Source: Flavobacteriales bacterium (lineage in GTDB: Bacteria > Bacteroidota > Bacteroidia > Flavobacteriales_E > Vicingaceae). From it: a DNA stretch of 64,000 nt. Under the pieces are notes generated by a model that saw only the letters and a list, made by a program, of their open reading frames with translations, was not told where the DNA came from and searched no databases. Of the stretch, positions 8,530 to 17,749 are shown piece after piece. Each line of letters opens with the position of its first letter. Position 1 is the stretch's first letter. The DNA lies in assembly GCA_020635795.1 (NCBI GenBank), contig JACJZD010000006.1, forward strand, positions 36,073 to 100,072, read 5' to 3'. The translations under genes were made by a program, and so were the position numbers.

Positions 8530-11481
8530 ATGAACGCATTTCTTCGATTTTTCGGATTGTTTTTAATGATTTGTTGTCAACTTAACACAGCATTTTCAAT
8601 TGAATTAACAAAACAAGACACCACAAAAAAAGGAGCTTATTATTTTGTTTCCAATCGTAATTCAACTGAACCAGGAAGTTACACCATGTATAAAGCCCGC
8701 ACCAATCAAAGCGGAATTTCTTCGACGGTTATTCGTGGAAATTTTGAAATAGCTGGTTATCCACACATGCGAAAAGCAGAGATTTCGGTGTACAATATTT
8801 CTAACGATGAACTGGTTGGGGTTTACAATACCAATGCTAAAACGGGAAATTATTTAGTGATTTTAATGCCCAATTTGAAATACGAGTTTGTAATCAACAC
8901 CTATGGTTATGCCCCTATTAGAAAAGTAGTGGAAATACCAGGCTATGCAAGCACCAATGTACACGACGAAATTTCTAAACAACAAATAACAGTAACAATC
9001 GATTCTAACCGAGTTAATGCAGCGTTAAACACATGGTTTGTAGAAGAAAAAGAACCTACATTGTTTTTGTTAACGGTTTATGATGAAAACAATGAGAGCA
9101 CGCACAAGGTGGAGTTGTACGAAACAAACGCATTAGAAATTGATGTTGAGCGTAGGCAATTAACTGAAACCGAATTTGGAAACATTGATGAGTTGTTAAA
9201 AAAACAGGCTGAACACGAAAACAAAAAACCAGAATATGCTGAAAAAGCATTTTTAAAAAAAGACTACAAAACAGCTTCCGCTTATTATTCTGAACTACTT
9301 ACACTCGACCCATCAGACCCATTGAACAACTACAAAAAAGGAGTTTGTGTTTATCATTTGGAAGAGAACAAACTAAAAGCGTTGTTTTATTTGTTAAAAG
9401 CCGAAAAAGATCCAAACGTGCCATACGATGTGTTTTATTATTTAGGAATGACTTACCACTCGTGGTCAGATTTTGCTAAAGCCGAACAAGCATTTTTGGA
9501 ATATAAAGCCAAAGCAAAGCCAACAGAAATAACCAGTTTAAACATTGACCGATACATTGAATATTGCTCAAACGGTAAATTGTTGATTTTAGATCAGTAC
9601 GACATGTACATCAAAAACAAATCGTTTATTGATGTTCAAAAACTACATAAAGAACTACCAACCGAATTAACAAGTGGTAAATTTTTAGAGAAAACATCTT
9701 TTTTTATTTCACCAATTGATAGCAAGAAAAAGGAAAAAATGTGGATGTTTAAAACCGAACAGAACGAAATGATTCAAACCAGTTATGGGTTGGACGAAAA
9801 ATCTGGCAAAGATTTGTTTGTAAACGTGTTGGTTGGTGGTGATAAATATGGTATTCCGAATTCGTTAGGAACAAAAGTAAACACCCCTTATGACGAAGAT
9901 TATGCCTATGTAACCTTAGACGGAAAAACACTTTATTTTGCCTCAACTGGGCACAACAGCATGGGTGGATATGATATTTTTACAGCAACCAGAAAAACGG
10001 TAAACGACCCTTGGGGTGAGGTTAAAAACATGGGTTATCCAATCAATTCGCCGTACGACGATTTTATGTTTATGCCAAGTTTGAATGATGAAGAAGCTTA
10101 CTTTGTCTCAAACCGACGAAGTTCAACTGGCGGGTATAGTTTGTATAAAATAAACATGCCAAAACCACCAAAACCACTTACCATCATCAAAGGTCATTTT
10201 ATGACAAACGATTCCATTCCAAATTTTTCGGCATCTATTGCGGTTTACAACACCAACAATCAAGAAGTGGTTGGTATTTATAACTCTAATGCCAATACAG
10301 GAAATTTTTTATTAGCATTAATGCCAGGTGTAAAATATGAATTTAGCATTGTTGCTGATGGCTACAATGAGCATGTTGCTTATGTTACCATTCCGTTTCA
10401 AACCGAAGATTTTCCATTACGCCAAAGCATTAAACTGAAAAAAGAAGGTTCGTTTGAGATTTTAAACATCGATAATTATTTTACCAAAGAAGAAGCAGAA
10501 AAAGCACCTGAGTATAAATTTACCAAGAAAGATTTTGAAAAAAATGCGGTAAAAGAAACAACTGCTCCTAAACAAAACATTGCAGAAAAATTTAGGAAAC
10601 CATCGAGCGACCAACAAAAAATATTGGATGCTGCAGAGCAATTTTTCATCAACAAACAATATATAAAATGTGCCGAACAATATGCTAAAATTGCTCCATT
10701 ATTAGATTTAACCGATAAGCAGCATTACATGTATGGAAAAAGTTTGTTTAATGTTTCTCGCGATTACGAAAAAACCATTGAAAGTTTAGAAAAAGCGGCG
10801 TTAAACAAAACAACTCCATACGATGTGTATTACATGTTAGGTAAAACCAACCATTATTCGTATCGTTTTGAACGAGCAGTTAAAGCCTATGAAAAATATA
10901 AAACCTTAGCCAACGAAAAAGAGATTGAAAAACACGCCATTAATGATGAAATTAACTTGAGCTTGTTTGGTAAAAAGATTGTAAATAGCCCTAAACCCAT
11001 TGAAGTGTTGGCAAAAAAAGAATTTAAACAAACAAATTTCCACACCATTTATGGTTCGTTAGATATTGATGCTAAATTTTTACTTGCCCCAGACGATATG
11101 ACAACTGCAAAAGACAAGAAAGAGGGATTTAGACCAACCATGTATTTGAACAACAGCAAAACGCTTATTTATTATTCGAGTTATGGCGAAAATGGCGAAA
11201 ATGGAAAAGACCTATTTTTTATGAAAAAATTACCGAACAATACATGGTCGGAGCCGATAAATGTAGGTAATGTGATAAATAGTGCTGGTGATGAAGACTT
11301 TCCTTTTTTATCGAAAGACGAAACAACACTTTATTTCTGCTCAACAGCTCACGGAAGTATGGGAGGTTATGATGTGTTTAAAAGTACTTGGGACGAAAAA
11401 AGCAATTCTTGGTCAGCACCAATTAATTTAGGAGCACCAATCAATTCTCCTTTTGATGATTTATTTTATGTAGAAGAATAA
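8530..11481 (+). CDS. secreted multidomain protein: two tandem copies of [carboxypeptidase-regulatory-like beta-sandwich + TPR + PD40/TolB-like beta-propeller repeats]
   Basis: ATG 8530 (MNAFLRFFGLFLMICC is a signal peptide). The three-part module appears twice. Compare VGVYNTNAKTGNYLVILMPNLKYEF with VGIYNSNANTGNFLLALMPGVKYEF, VPYDVFYYLGMTYHSWSDF with TPYDVYYMLGKTNHYSYRF, and LYFASTGHNSMGGYDIF with LYFCSTAHGSMGGYDVF. Confidence 0.75.
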   Translation: MNAFLRFFGLFLMICCQLNTAFSIELTKQDTTKKGAYYFVSNRNSTEPGSYTMYKARTNQSGISSTVIRGNFEIAGYPHMRKAEISVYNISNDELVGVYNTNAKTGNYLVILMPNLKYEFVINTYGYAPIRKVVEIPGYASTNVHDEISKQQITVTIDSNRVNAALNTWFVEEKEPTLFLLTVYDENNESTHKVELYETNALEIDVERRQLTETEFGNIDELLKKQAEHENKKPEYAEKAFLKKDYKTASAYYSELLTLDPSDPLNNYKKGVCVYHLEENKLKALFYLLKAEKDPNVPYDVFYYLGMTYHSWSDFAKAEQAFLEYKAKAKPTEITSLNIDRYIEYCSNGKLLILDQYDMYIKNKSFIDVQKLHKELPTELTSGKFLEKTSFFISPIDSKKKEKMWMFKTEQNEMIQTSYGLDEKSGKDLFVNVLVGGDKYGIPNSLGTKVNTPYDEDYAYVTLDGKTLYFASTGHNSMGGYDIFTATRKTVNDPWGEVKNMGYPINSPYDDFMFMPSLNDEEAYFVSNRRSSTGGYSLYKINMPKPPKPLTIIKGHFMTNDSIPNFSASIAVYNTNNQEVVGIYNSNANTGNFLLALMPGVKYEFSIVADGYNEHVAYVTIPFQTEDFPLRQSIKLKKEGSFEILNIDNYFTKEEAEKAPEYKFTKKDFEKNAVKETTAPKQNIAEKFRKPSSDQQKILDAAEQFFINKQYIKCAEQYAKIAPLLDLTDKQHYMYGKSLFNVSRDYEKTIESLEKAALNKTTPYDVYYMLGKTNHYSYRFERAVKAYEKYKTLANEKEIEKHAINDEINLSLFGKKIVNSPKPIEVLAKKEFKQTNFHTIYGSLDIDAKFLLAPDDMTTAKDKKEGFRPTMYLNNSKTLIYYSSYGENGENGKDLFFMKKLPNNTWSEPINVGNVINSAGDEDFPFLSKDETTLYFCSTAHGSMGGYDVFKSTWDEKSNSWSAPINLGAPINSPFDDLFYVEE

Positions 11482-11482
11482 T

Positions 11483-11512
11483 GCCCACCCCAACCCTCCC
11501 GAAGGGAGGGAG
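11483..11512 (+). repeat. hairpin/G-tract element copy 2 (GCCCACCCCAACCCTCCC-GAA-GGGAGGG-AG)
   Basis: Begins 1 nt after the TAA at 11479-11481. It has a 7-bp GC stem CCCTCCC/GGGAGGG, and the opposite strand reads GGGAGGGTTGGGGTGGG. Confidence 0.85.
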
Positions 11513-11558
11513 TAACACAACCCACTAAAAGCAAACGACTCAGCCTAACTACTTATTT

Positions 11559-12455
11559 ATGAATCTTAAAATAACAATCATACAATCGGAAATACATTGG
11601 GAAAACGTGGATAAAAATTTAGCCATGTTTACCGAAAAAATAGCATCTATAAAGGAAGAAACAAACCTTATAATTTTACCCGAAATGTTTACTACTGGAT
11701 TTACCATGAATTCGACAAGCCAAGCCGAAACCATGAATGGTAAATCCATTTTATGGATGAAACAACAAGCTAAAAGCAAAAATGCAGTTGTTGTAGGAAG
11801 TTTGATTATTGTAGAAAATCAGGCTTATTTTAATCGTTTAATTTGGGCACAACCCGACGGAAAAATTTACCATTACGATAAAAGGCATTTGTTTAGAATG
11901 GCAAATGAACACGAGCATTTTTCGGCAGGAAAAACTCGTTTAATTGTGGAGTTAAAAGGTTGGAAAATTTGCCCTTTGATTTGTTACGATTTACGTTTCC
12001 CAGTTTGGAGTAGGAATAAGTCCATCACTCACCACCCGACACCCACAACCCACTCCTCAACTCCCTCCACCCATCACTCACAACCCGCTTACGACTGCCT
12101 AATATACATTGCCAATTGGCCAGAAGCAAGAAAAGAACCTTGGAGCAAATTATTGGAAGCAAGAGCTATCGAAAATCAAGTTTATGTAGTTGGTGTAAAT
12201 CGAGTAGGAAAAAGCCCATCCCCAACCTTTCCCCATAGGAAGGGAGGAGTAGTTAATCCACAAAAGGAAGAAGAATCAGGTATAATTTACTCTGGAAATT
12301 CTGCCGTTATCGACCCAAAAGGAAATGTGATTAGTACCATACCAGCATATCAAAACACTATCGAAACCACAACATTAAACCGCCAAGAATTAGAAGACTT
12401 TAGAGAAAAATTTCCTGTTGGCTTGGATGGTGATGATTTTGAAATACTTCACTAA
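11559..12455 (+). CDS. carbon-nitrogen hydrolase (nitrilase superfamily; omega-amidase YafV-like) carrying two repeat-derived in-frame insertions
   Basis: 298 aa. The Glu-Lys-Cys triad context is present (ILPEMF, HYDKRHLF, ICYDLRFP). Two low-complexity inserts interrupt conserved blocks: KSITHHPTPTTHSSTPSTHHSQPA and KSPSPTFPHRKGGVVNPQKEEES. Confidence 0.85.
   Translation: MNLKITIIQSEIHWENVDKNLAMFTEKIASIKEETNLIILPEMFTTGFTMNSTSQAETMNGKSILWMKQQAKSKNAVVVGSLIIVENQAYFNRLIWAQPDGKIYHYDKRHLFRMANEHEHFSAGKTRLIVELKGWKICPLICYDLRFPVWSRNKSITHHPTPTTHSSTPSTHHSQPAYDCLIYIANWPEARKEPWSKLLEARAIENQVYVVGVNRVGKSPSPTFPHRKGGVVNPQKEEESGIIYSGNSAVIDPKGNVISTIPAYQNTIETTTLNRQELEDFREKFPVGLDGDDFEILH
12018..12090 (+). repeat. 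C-rich intragenic repeat insertion (ccatcactcac...cccatcactcac) inside the amidase gene
   Basis: CATCACTCAC occurs twice (about 12022 and 12072), with runs of CCC/CACCC. The complement carries several GGG tracts. It interrupts the conserved RFPVWSRN...YD..IY block. Confidence 0.6.
12214..12249 (+). repeat. hairpin/G-tract element copy 3, diverged, in-frame inside the amidase gene
   Basis: GCCCATCCCCAACCTTTCCCC-ATA-GGAAGGGAGGAG aligns with the intergenic consensus GCCCACCCCAACCCTCCC-GAA-GGGAGGGAG. Confidence 0.7.
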
Positions 12456-12495
12456 AAAAGTTTAATCACTACATTTGCTAATAAAACTATTTAAC

Positions 12496-13479
12496 GTGAT
12501 ATCAAAAGTATTGTTTATCGATTCGGTACATCCTATTTTAGAAGAACGTCTTTTAAAATTAGGAGTGGTTTGCGAGCATGATTATAGTTCGTCAAAAAGC
12601 GAGATAGAAGCCAACATTAGCGACTATCAAGGCGTTGTAATTCGTAGTCGATTTACGTTGGACAAAACTTTTTTAGATGCTGCAACCAACCTTAAATTTA
12701 TTGCACGGTCTGGTGCAGGTTTGGAAAACATTGATGTGGAATACGCCAAACAAAAAGGAGTAAAAGTTATCCATTCACCAGAAGGAAATATGGATGCGGT
12801 TGGTGAGCATACCATTGGAACTTTATTAATGTTGTTTAATCAGCTAAAAAAAGGGGATAACGAGGTTAGAAAAGGCATTTGGGATAGAGAAGGAAACAGA
12901 GGATTGGAATTAATGGGTAAAACGGTTGGAATTATTGGCTATGGCTATATGGGTTCATCGTTAGCTAAAAAATTGAGTGGTTTTGGGTGTAAGGTGTTGG
13001 CTTATGATAAATATAAAAAGGGTTTTGGGTTAGAAGTTGGAAGTTGGAAGTCTGAAGTTGGATGTTGTGTTCAAGAAGTTTCTTTAGAAGAATTAAAAGC
13101 CGAATCTGACATTATCAGCATCCATTTACCTTTAACCGAAGAAACCCAATATTACGTTGATAGCAACTTTATAACATCGGTTAAAAAACCATTTTATTTG
13201 ATTAACACTGCTCGTGGAAACCATGTTAAAATTGCTGATTTAGTTCAAGGATTAAAATCGGGTAAAATTTTAGGAGCATGTTTGGATGTGTTGGAGTACG
13301 AAACCAAATCGTTCGAAACCATTAGCAAAGACAAACTACCTGAAGATTTTGTGTATTTAACCCAATCAAACAAGGTTGTTTTAAGTCCTCATGTGGCTGG
13401 TTGGACAGTGGAATCGTATATTAAACTTTCGTCGGTTTTAGCCGATAAAATTGAACACGCATTTTTTAGTAAACAATGA
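12496..13479 (+). CDS. D-isomer-specific 2-hydroxyacid dehydrogenase (phosphoglycerate dehydrogenase-like), NAD-binding
   Basis: Rossmann motif GIIGYGYMGSSLAKKL, plus NTARG and SPHVAGWT. There is no ATG start. TTG 12475 lies inside an exact TACATTTG -7 box (12470-12477), so GTG 12496 (ISKVLFIDSVHP) is preferred. Confidence 0.8.
   Translation: MISKVLFIDSVHPILEERLLKLGVVCEHDYSSSKSEIEANISDYQGVVIRSRFTLDKTFLDAATNLKFIARSGAGLENIDVEYAKQKGVKVIHSPEGNMDAVGEHTIGTLLMLFNQLKKGDNEVRKGIWDREGNRGLELMGKTVGIIGYGYMGSSLAKKLSGFGCKVLAYDKYKKGFGLEVGSWKSEVGCCVQEVSLEELKAESDIISIHLPLTEETQYYVDSNFITSVKKPFYLINTARGNHVKIADLVQGLKSGKILGACLDVLEYETKSFETISKDKLPEDFVYLTQSNKVVLSPHVAGWTVESYIKLSSVLADKIEHAFFSKQ
13033..13067 (+). repeat. 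heptanucleotide tandem repeat (GAAGTTG x5, two units degenerate) inside the dehydrogenase gene
   Basis: GAAGTTG GAAGTTG GAAGTCT GAAGTTG GATGTTG, translating as LEVGSWKSEVGCC. It lies between the NAD-binding domain and the conserved VSLEEL block. Confidence 0.75.
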
Positions 13480-14801
13480 AATTAACCGACAACCAAAAAC
13501 AGATTGTTTTAGCTGTATTGCTGGTTTTGTTGGTTCCTTTTCTGTATTTATTTGGTTTTGTACACCCCATTGCCGATGACTTAGGTTTTGCCTATCAATC
13601 GCAACAAGCACCATTGTGGGAAGTGTTGGTAAATCTTTACTTCAAATCTAACGGACTATACACAGGCAATTTAATCATGCTTTTATTTCCTTTTTCATTA
13701 TCCGATTTACTGTATTATCGCATGTTTTTGTTGGGTGCTTTTTTACTTTTTTCACTAAGTATTTTTTTTGTTATCAATGTTGTTTTTCCAACCTTAAAAC
13801 TTATTGATAAAACCATTGTTAGTCTCCTTTTTTTACTCACAGTGTTAAGTTCAACCACTCAATTATCTGAAGCTTTTTACTGGCAAACTAGTGTGGCGTA
13901 TTATCAATTTAGCTTGACCTTAGTAATGTTATATTTAGGGTTTTTAGTTCAATATTTTCAGCGAAAATTTATTTTAAACAAACTTGTTCATCAACTCATT
14001 TTGATATTGATGTTGGTGTTTATTATTGGAATAAAAGAATCCATTGCATTGATAATGGGGTTTGTTGCCGCATTATTATTTTATTACAGCTATTTTAAAA
14101 CCAAAGAGGATAAAATTTTCTTTTTAGTTCAGTTCATTATTGCTTTAATTGGTATCTCAGTAGTTGCATTTGCTCCAGGTAACGATTATCGAATGGAAAA
14201 CTATTCAAACACAAAAAATTTCAGTCATTCACTGTTATACACTGTTATGCAAATGGGGCGTTTTACCTTAAAATGGGTGGTTGCCTTATCAGGTATTTTG
14301 TTTGTTTTTATTGTGGCTGAACTTCACCAAAAAGCAACACCAATTCTCAAAAAATTGGATTGGAAAATAGCTTCAATCATCTTTTTAGGAATCTTGTTTT
14401 TGTGCATTTTCCCTGCTTATTGGGCAACAGGTATTTTGGGGCAACACCGAACATTAAACCTAGCAAGCGTATTTTTTGTGTTATTTTTATTGGTGTTAGC
14501 AATTAATCAAGGAGCTTATTTTACCAAGCACCTTTCGTTTAATCCGACTAAAAGAATTGCCTTTTTTTGCTTGGTTTTTCTGTTGGCTGGCAATGGCGGA
14601 ATGGTTATTTCCGATATCCTTTCGGGAAGTGTAAAAAGCTACGATAAACAACTAACTGAAAGAGCTGAATTGATACAACAAACCCAATCGACAGCAAATT
14701 TGCCTTTGCTTGTAAATTCGCCAAAAAGTTTGTTTGTGGTAGATATACAAGCAGACACTACACATTGGATTAACCAATCGTATTTGTTAGAGGTAAAATA
14801 G
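13476..14801 (+). CDS. polytopic membrane protein, putative GT-C-like glycosyltransferase (paralog of 17750-19075)
   Basis: 441 aa with more than 10 TM helices. An acidic ADD motif follows TM1 (HPIADDLGF), and the C-terminus carries DTTHWINQSYL. The start overlaps the dehydrogenase stop (ATGA). Confidence 0.55.
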   Translation: MKLTDNQKQIVLAVLLVLLVPFLYLFGFVHPIADDLGFAYQSQQAPLWEVLVNLYFKSNGLYTGNLIMLLFPFSLSDLLYYRMFLLGAFLLFSLSIFFVINVVFPTLKLIDKTIVSLLFLLTVLSSTTQLSEAFYWQTSVAYYQFSLTLVMLYLGFLVQYFQRKFILNKLVHQLILILMLVFIIGIKESIALIMGFVAALLFYYSYFKTKEDKIFFLVQFIIALIGISVVAFAPGNDYRMENYSNTKNFSHSLLYTVMQMGRFTLKWVVALSGILFVFIVAELHQKATPILKKLDWKIASIIFLGILFLCIFPAYWATGILGQHRTLNLASVFFVLFLLVLAINQGAYFTKHLSFNPTKRIAFFCLVFLLAGNGGMVISDILSGSVKSYDKQLTERAELIQQTQSTANLPLLVNSPKSLFVVDIQADTTHWINQSYLLEVK

Positions 14802-14806
14802 AAAAA

Positions 14807-15817
14807 TTATTGATTTAAAATCCAAGCTTTGCTGTTGTGATTTTTTGCTAACGCCAAACCTTCAACGGCTTCTTTTCTTGATGCAAAACTACTGTAACTG
14901 ACAGCAAATAAGCCTTTACGTTTACCAATTATTGAGGCATTGTATCCAGCAGCAACAAGCTCTTGAACAAAGTTTTCAGCATTTTCTTTTTCAGCAAAAC
15001 AACCACCAATTACATGAAAACGAAGCGATTGAACTTTTGTTTTTACATAAGTTGAATCTACCTTAACAACAGGCTCTTCAACTGTTTTAGCAATTACAAT
15101 AGGTGTTTCGTTTTTAATAAACGTTACGGTATGGTTGGTTTCGTCAACTTTTGGTAATTCAACTTTTTCAAAAACTGGTAAAGCACTTCGTTCGGTATAA
15201 ACCGGTAAAGCAGCAGCTTTAAAAGGGTTTAAATTAGCATAATTCAGTTCCGATGTTAAATCGTATTTAGTTGGTAACCAAATAGCCAAGGCAGTTAGTG
15301 GAATAAGAACAGCCGCAGCTTTTAACCATTTTTTATTTCCAGATGATTGGTTAATAGGTAAAATAGGCGTTTCCTTAATTTTATCTTCAAGCGTTTTGCG
15401 TTTTACCGGAAATTGTTGGAAAGAACTCAACCCATACGATTCTAACAAGTAATTCACTTGTGCCGATGGTTCAAACTGCAAACGGTTGTCGTTATCGTAA
15501 AACAATATGCCAATATTCTCGAAAGCAATTTTTTGACGGTGTTTTAAATCTTGCTGAATTTTAGCAACCCCTTGCTCAATAATACTTAACGCTTTTTCGT
15601 AGCTAATACCGTTTTCTTGACTTATCGCATTTGCCAACAAACCATCGTTATGAATCAAGTTTTTATTAAACGAAATTCCTTTTGAAGGCGGATAAAACGT
15701 GTTTTTAATAGGGTGTATGTTCGCAGGTTTGTAGTTGGCAACAAAACCCCCAAGGTTCGGAACGATAACACAATCGTAGCGAAATAATAGTTTACTTATG
15801 TAATGGTCTAACTTCAT
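14807..15817 (-). CDS. HU-like (CCDC81-type) N-terminal domain / SPOR C-terminal domain protein
   Basis: 336 aa. N-terminus LFRYDCVIVPNLGGFVANYKPANIHP, a central TM helix (AAAVLIPLTALAIWL), and a C-terminal SPOR-like RFHVIGGCFAEKENAENFVQELVAAGYNASIIGKRKGLFAVSYSSFASRKEA. Confidence 0.8.
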   Translation of the reverse strand: MKLDHYISKLLFRYDCVIVPNLGGFVANYKPANIHPIKNTFYPPSKGISFNKNLIHNDGLLANAISQENGISYEKALSIIEQGVAKIQQDLKHRQKIAFENIGILFYDNDNRLQFEPSAQVNYLLESYGLSSFQQFPVKRKTLEDKIKETPILPINQSSGNKKWLKAAAVLIPLTALAIWLPTKYDLTSELNYANLNPFKAAALPVYTERSALPVFEKVELPKVDETNHTVTFIKNETPIVIAKTVEEPVVKVDSTYVKTKVQSLRFHVIGGCFAEKENAENFVQELVAAGYNASIIGKRKGLFAVSYSSFASRKEAVEGLALAKNHNSKAWILNQ

Positions 15818-15900
15818 AAAGGGTTGCGAATTTATAAAATTAAAGAAAATTGACGAGGGTTATCCGTTTATTTTTTTAAATTTAAACTAAAATTATTGAA

Positions 15901-16365
15901 ATGAAGCTACTAAAAATATGCTGTTTTTCGTTTTTGCTCCTCATACTTTGTGGTTGTTCTTGGGTAGAACGTTTTATGGTGGTGAATGAAACCGATCAAC
16001 CCATTGAAATTACCTACACACTTGTTCCTCCCGAAAAAACCTTTGCCATTTTTGATAATAACCCAGAGGCTTATGCACTGAGAAAAAAAGGTCAAATAGA
16101 TTGGAACAATAAACTACCAATTAATGATTTAGATACTAGTTTTCAGGTTGTGCATGTACAATTACAACCAAAAGCACTCCTCATTTTCGGAAAATTATAC
16201 AACAACACATATACTTCTTACAATCAGTATTTTATCAACGGACGCAGTTTTAACTTGGTTGAAATGACCATTACAACAAACGGAGAATCACAAATTATTA
16301 AACCAGAAAATTTTGATGAGTTTTTTAAAAAACGAAACGGAAGTGTTTCGTTTGTGGTGAAGTGA
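15901..16365 (+). CDS. hypothetical lipoprotein
   Basis: 154 aa. Signal peptide plus lipobox (LLLILCGCS). No recognisable domain. Confidence 0.5.
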   Translation: MKLLKICCFSFLLLILCGCSWVERFMVVNETDQPIEITYTLVPPEKTFAIFDNNPEAYALRKKGQIDWNNKLPINDLDTSFQVVHVQLQPKALLIFGKLYNNTYTSYNQYFINGRSFNLVEMTITTNGESQIIKPENFDEFFKKRNGSVSFVVK

Positions 16366-16368
16366 TGC

Positions 16369-16815
16369 TTAAATTGCACTAAAATCAGGAATTTCTTCCA
16401 AAAAAGTGTAGCTATTTTTATCAAAGTCTATTTTACAACAATAGTGGTTCAAGCCATTGGTTACAATCAAATAAGGGACTTTAAAAGTGAGGTTGTAACG
16501 AGAAATTTGGTCGAAGGTATCTTGAGTAATTTTTACTTTAGGGGCTTTACATTCAACCAACAAAATAGGCGAAGAATCTTTATAAATCAAGATGTCGGCA
16601 CGTTTGCTTAGCTCGTTTAATTTTAATCCTTTTTCAATAACAATCAATGAAGCAGGCACGTTTTTTTCACTAATTAAATACTTTATAAAGTTTTGTCGAA
16701 CCCATTCTTCTGGTGTAAGGCTTAAATATTTTTTACGAATATCGTCGTAAATAAACTGCTTGCCGTTTTCTTCTTTTAAGGTAATGTTGTAAAACGGTAA
16801 GTTAAGTTCTTGCAT
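16369..16815 (-). CDS. stand-alone type I restriction enzyme HsdR N-terminal-like domain protein (PD-(D/E)XK fold)
   Basis: 148 aa. The nuclease-like motif ADILIYKDSSPILLVECK (D...E-x-K) is present. Its start lies 1 nt downstream of the thyA stop codon. Confidence 0.65.
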   Translation of the reverse strand: MQELNLPFYNITLKEENGKQFIYDDIRKKYLSLTPEEWVRQNFIKYLISEKNVPASLIVIEKGLKLNELSKRADILIYKDSSPILLVECKAPKVKITQDTFDQISRYNLTFKVPYLIVTNGLNHYCCKIDFDKNSYTFLEEIPDFSAI

Positions 16816-16816
16816 G

Positions 16817-17641
16817 TTATAAAGAAACCTCTGCTTTAATGTGTGGGTGTGGGTCGTAGTTTACCAATTCAAAATCTTCAAACTTAAAATCAAAAATCGA
16901 TTTTACGTTGGGATTCATTTTCATTATTGGTAATTTTTTTGGTTCACGAGTCAATTGCAACCTAGCTTGTTCAATGTGGTTGTTGTATAAATGTACATCG
17001 CCAAAAGTATGGATAAAATCGCCAGCCTCTAAATCGCAAACTTGTGCCACCATCATGGTAAACAAAGCATAGGAAGCAATGTTAAAAGGAACACCTAAAA
17101 AAGTATCGGCACTACGTTGGTATAACTGACAAGACAGTTTACCATCGGTAACATAAAACTGGAAAAAGGCATGACAAGGAGGCAGTGCAGCTTTGTTGTT
17201 GGCCACGTTTTCAGCAAACGAAACTTTTGTATTTGGCATTACACTAGGGTTCCATGCCGAAACCATTAACCTACGACTATTTGGATTGGTTTTTATTTCG
17301 TTGATTAAATCAGTTATTTGGTCAATTCCTTCGCTGTTCCAATTTCTCCATTGGTGACCATAAACAGGTCCCAATTCCCCTTTTTCGTTTGCCCAGCCAT
17401 CCCAAATTTTTACACCATGCTCTTGTAAGTATTTGATGTTGGTGTCGCCACTAATAAACCATAACAACTCGTGAATGATAGATTTTAAGTGTAATTTTTT
17501 TGTGGTTAAACAAGGAAAGCCTTCGCTTAAATCAAATCGCATTTGGTAGCCAAAACAGCTAATTGTTCCTGTGCCTGTTCTGTCGCCTTTTTGTGTACCA
17601 TTTTCTAATACGTGGTTTAATAAATCTAAATACTGCTGCAT
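16817..17641 (-). CDS. thyA: thymidylate synthase
   Basis: 274 aa. Motifs [19 protein letters not shown] (catalytic Cys) and [21 protein letters not shown] are present. Confidence 0.95.
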   Translation of the reverse strand: MQQYLDLLNHVLENGTQKGDRTGTGTISCFGYQMRFDLSEGFPCLTTKKLHLKSIIHELLWFISGDTNIKYLQEHGVKIWDGWANEKGELGPVYGHQWRNWNSEGIDQITDLINEIKTNPNSRRLMVSAWNPSVMPNTKVSFAENVANNKAALPPCHAFFQFYVTDGKLSCQLYQRSADTFLGVPFNIASYALFTMMVAQVCDLEAGDFIHTFGDVHLYNNHIEQARLQLTREPKKLPIMKMNPNVKSIFDFKFEDFELVNYDPHPHIKAEVSL

Positions 17642-17749
17642 GAGTTTTTAATTGGGTATTCAAAATTCGTTGAAAAAGATTAATTTGAGCCATCATGTTA
17701 ATAATGTTTAATAACTTGTTTTACTTTTACAACAAGCAATTTCCATTCA

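Noticed and set aside
11483-11512. Interpreting the hairpin/G-tract elements as ordinary Rho-independent terminators.
   Set aside because: In the gene sense the 7-bp GC hairpin is followed by AG plus mixed sequence, not a U-tract. Genuine terminators in this window (23504-23537, 54380-54407) do have T-runs. A 3'-end role is still possible, but not via the canonical mechanism.
16369-16815. Idea that the HsdR-N-like nuclease domain gene, the helicase-nuclease (27667-30819) and the AAA/DUF4143 ATPase (47226-48362) form a defence island.
   Set aside because: They are 10-20 kb apart and each is embedded among housekeeping genes. No methyltransferase, specificity subunit, toxin-antitoxin or other defence partner is adjacent to any of them.
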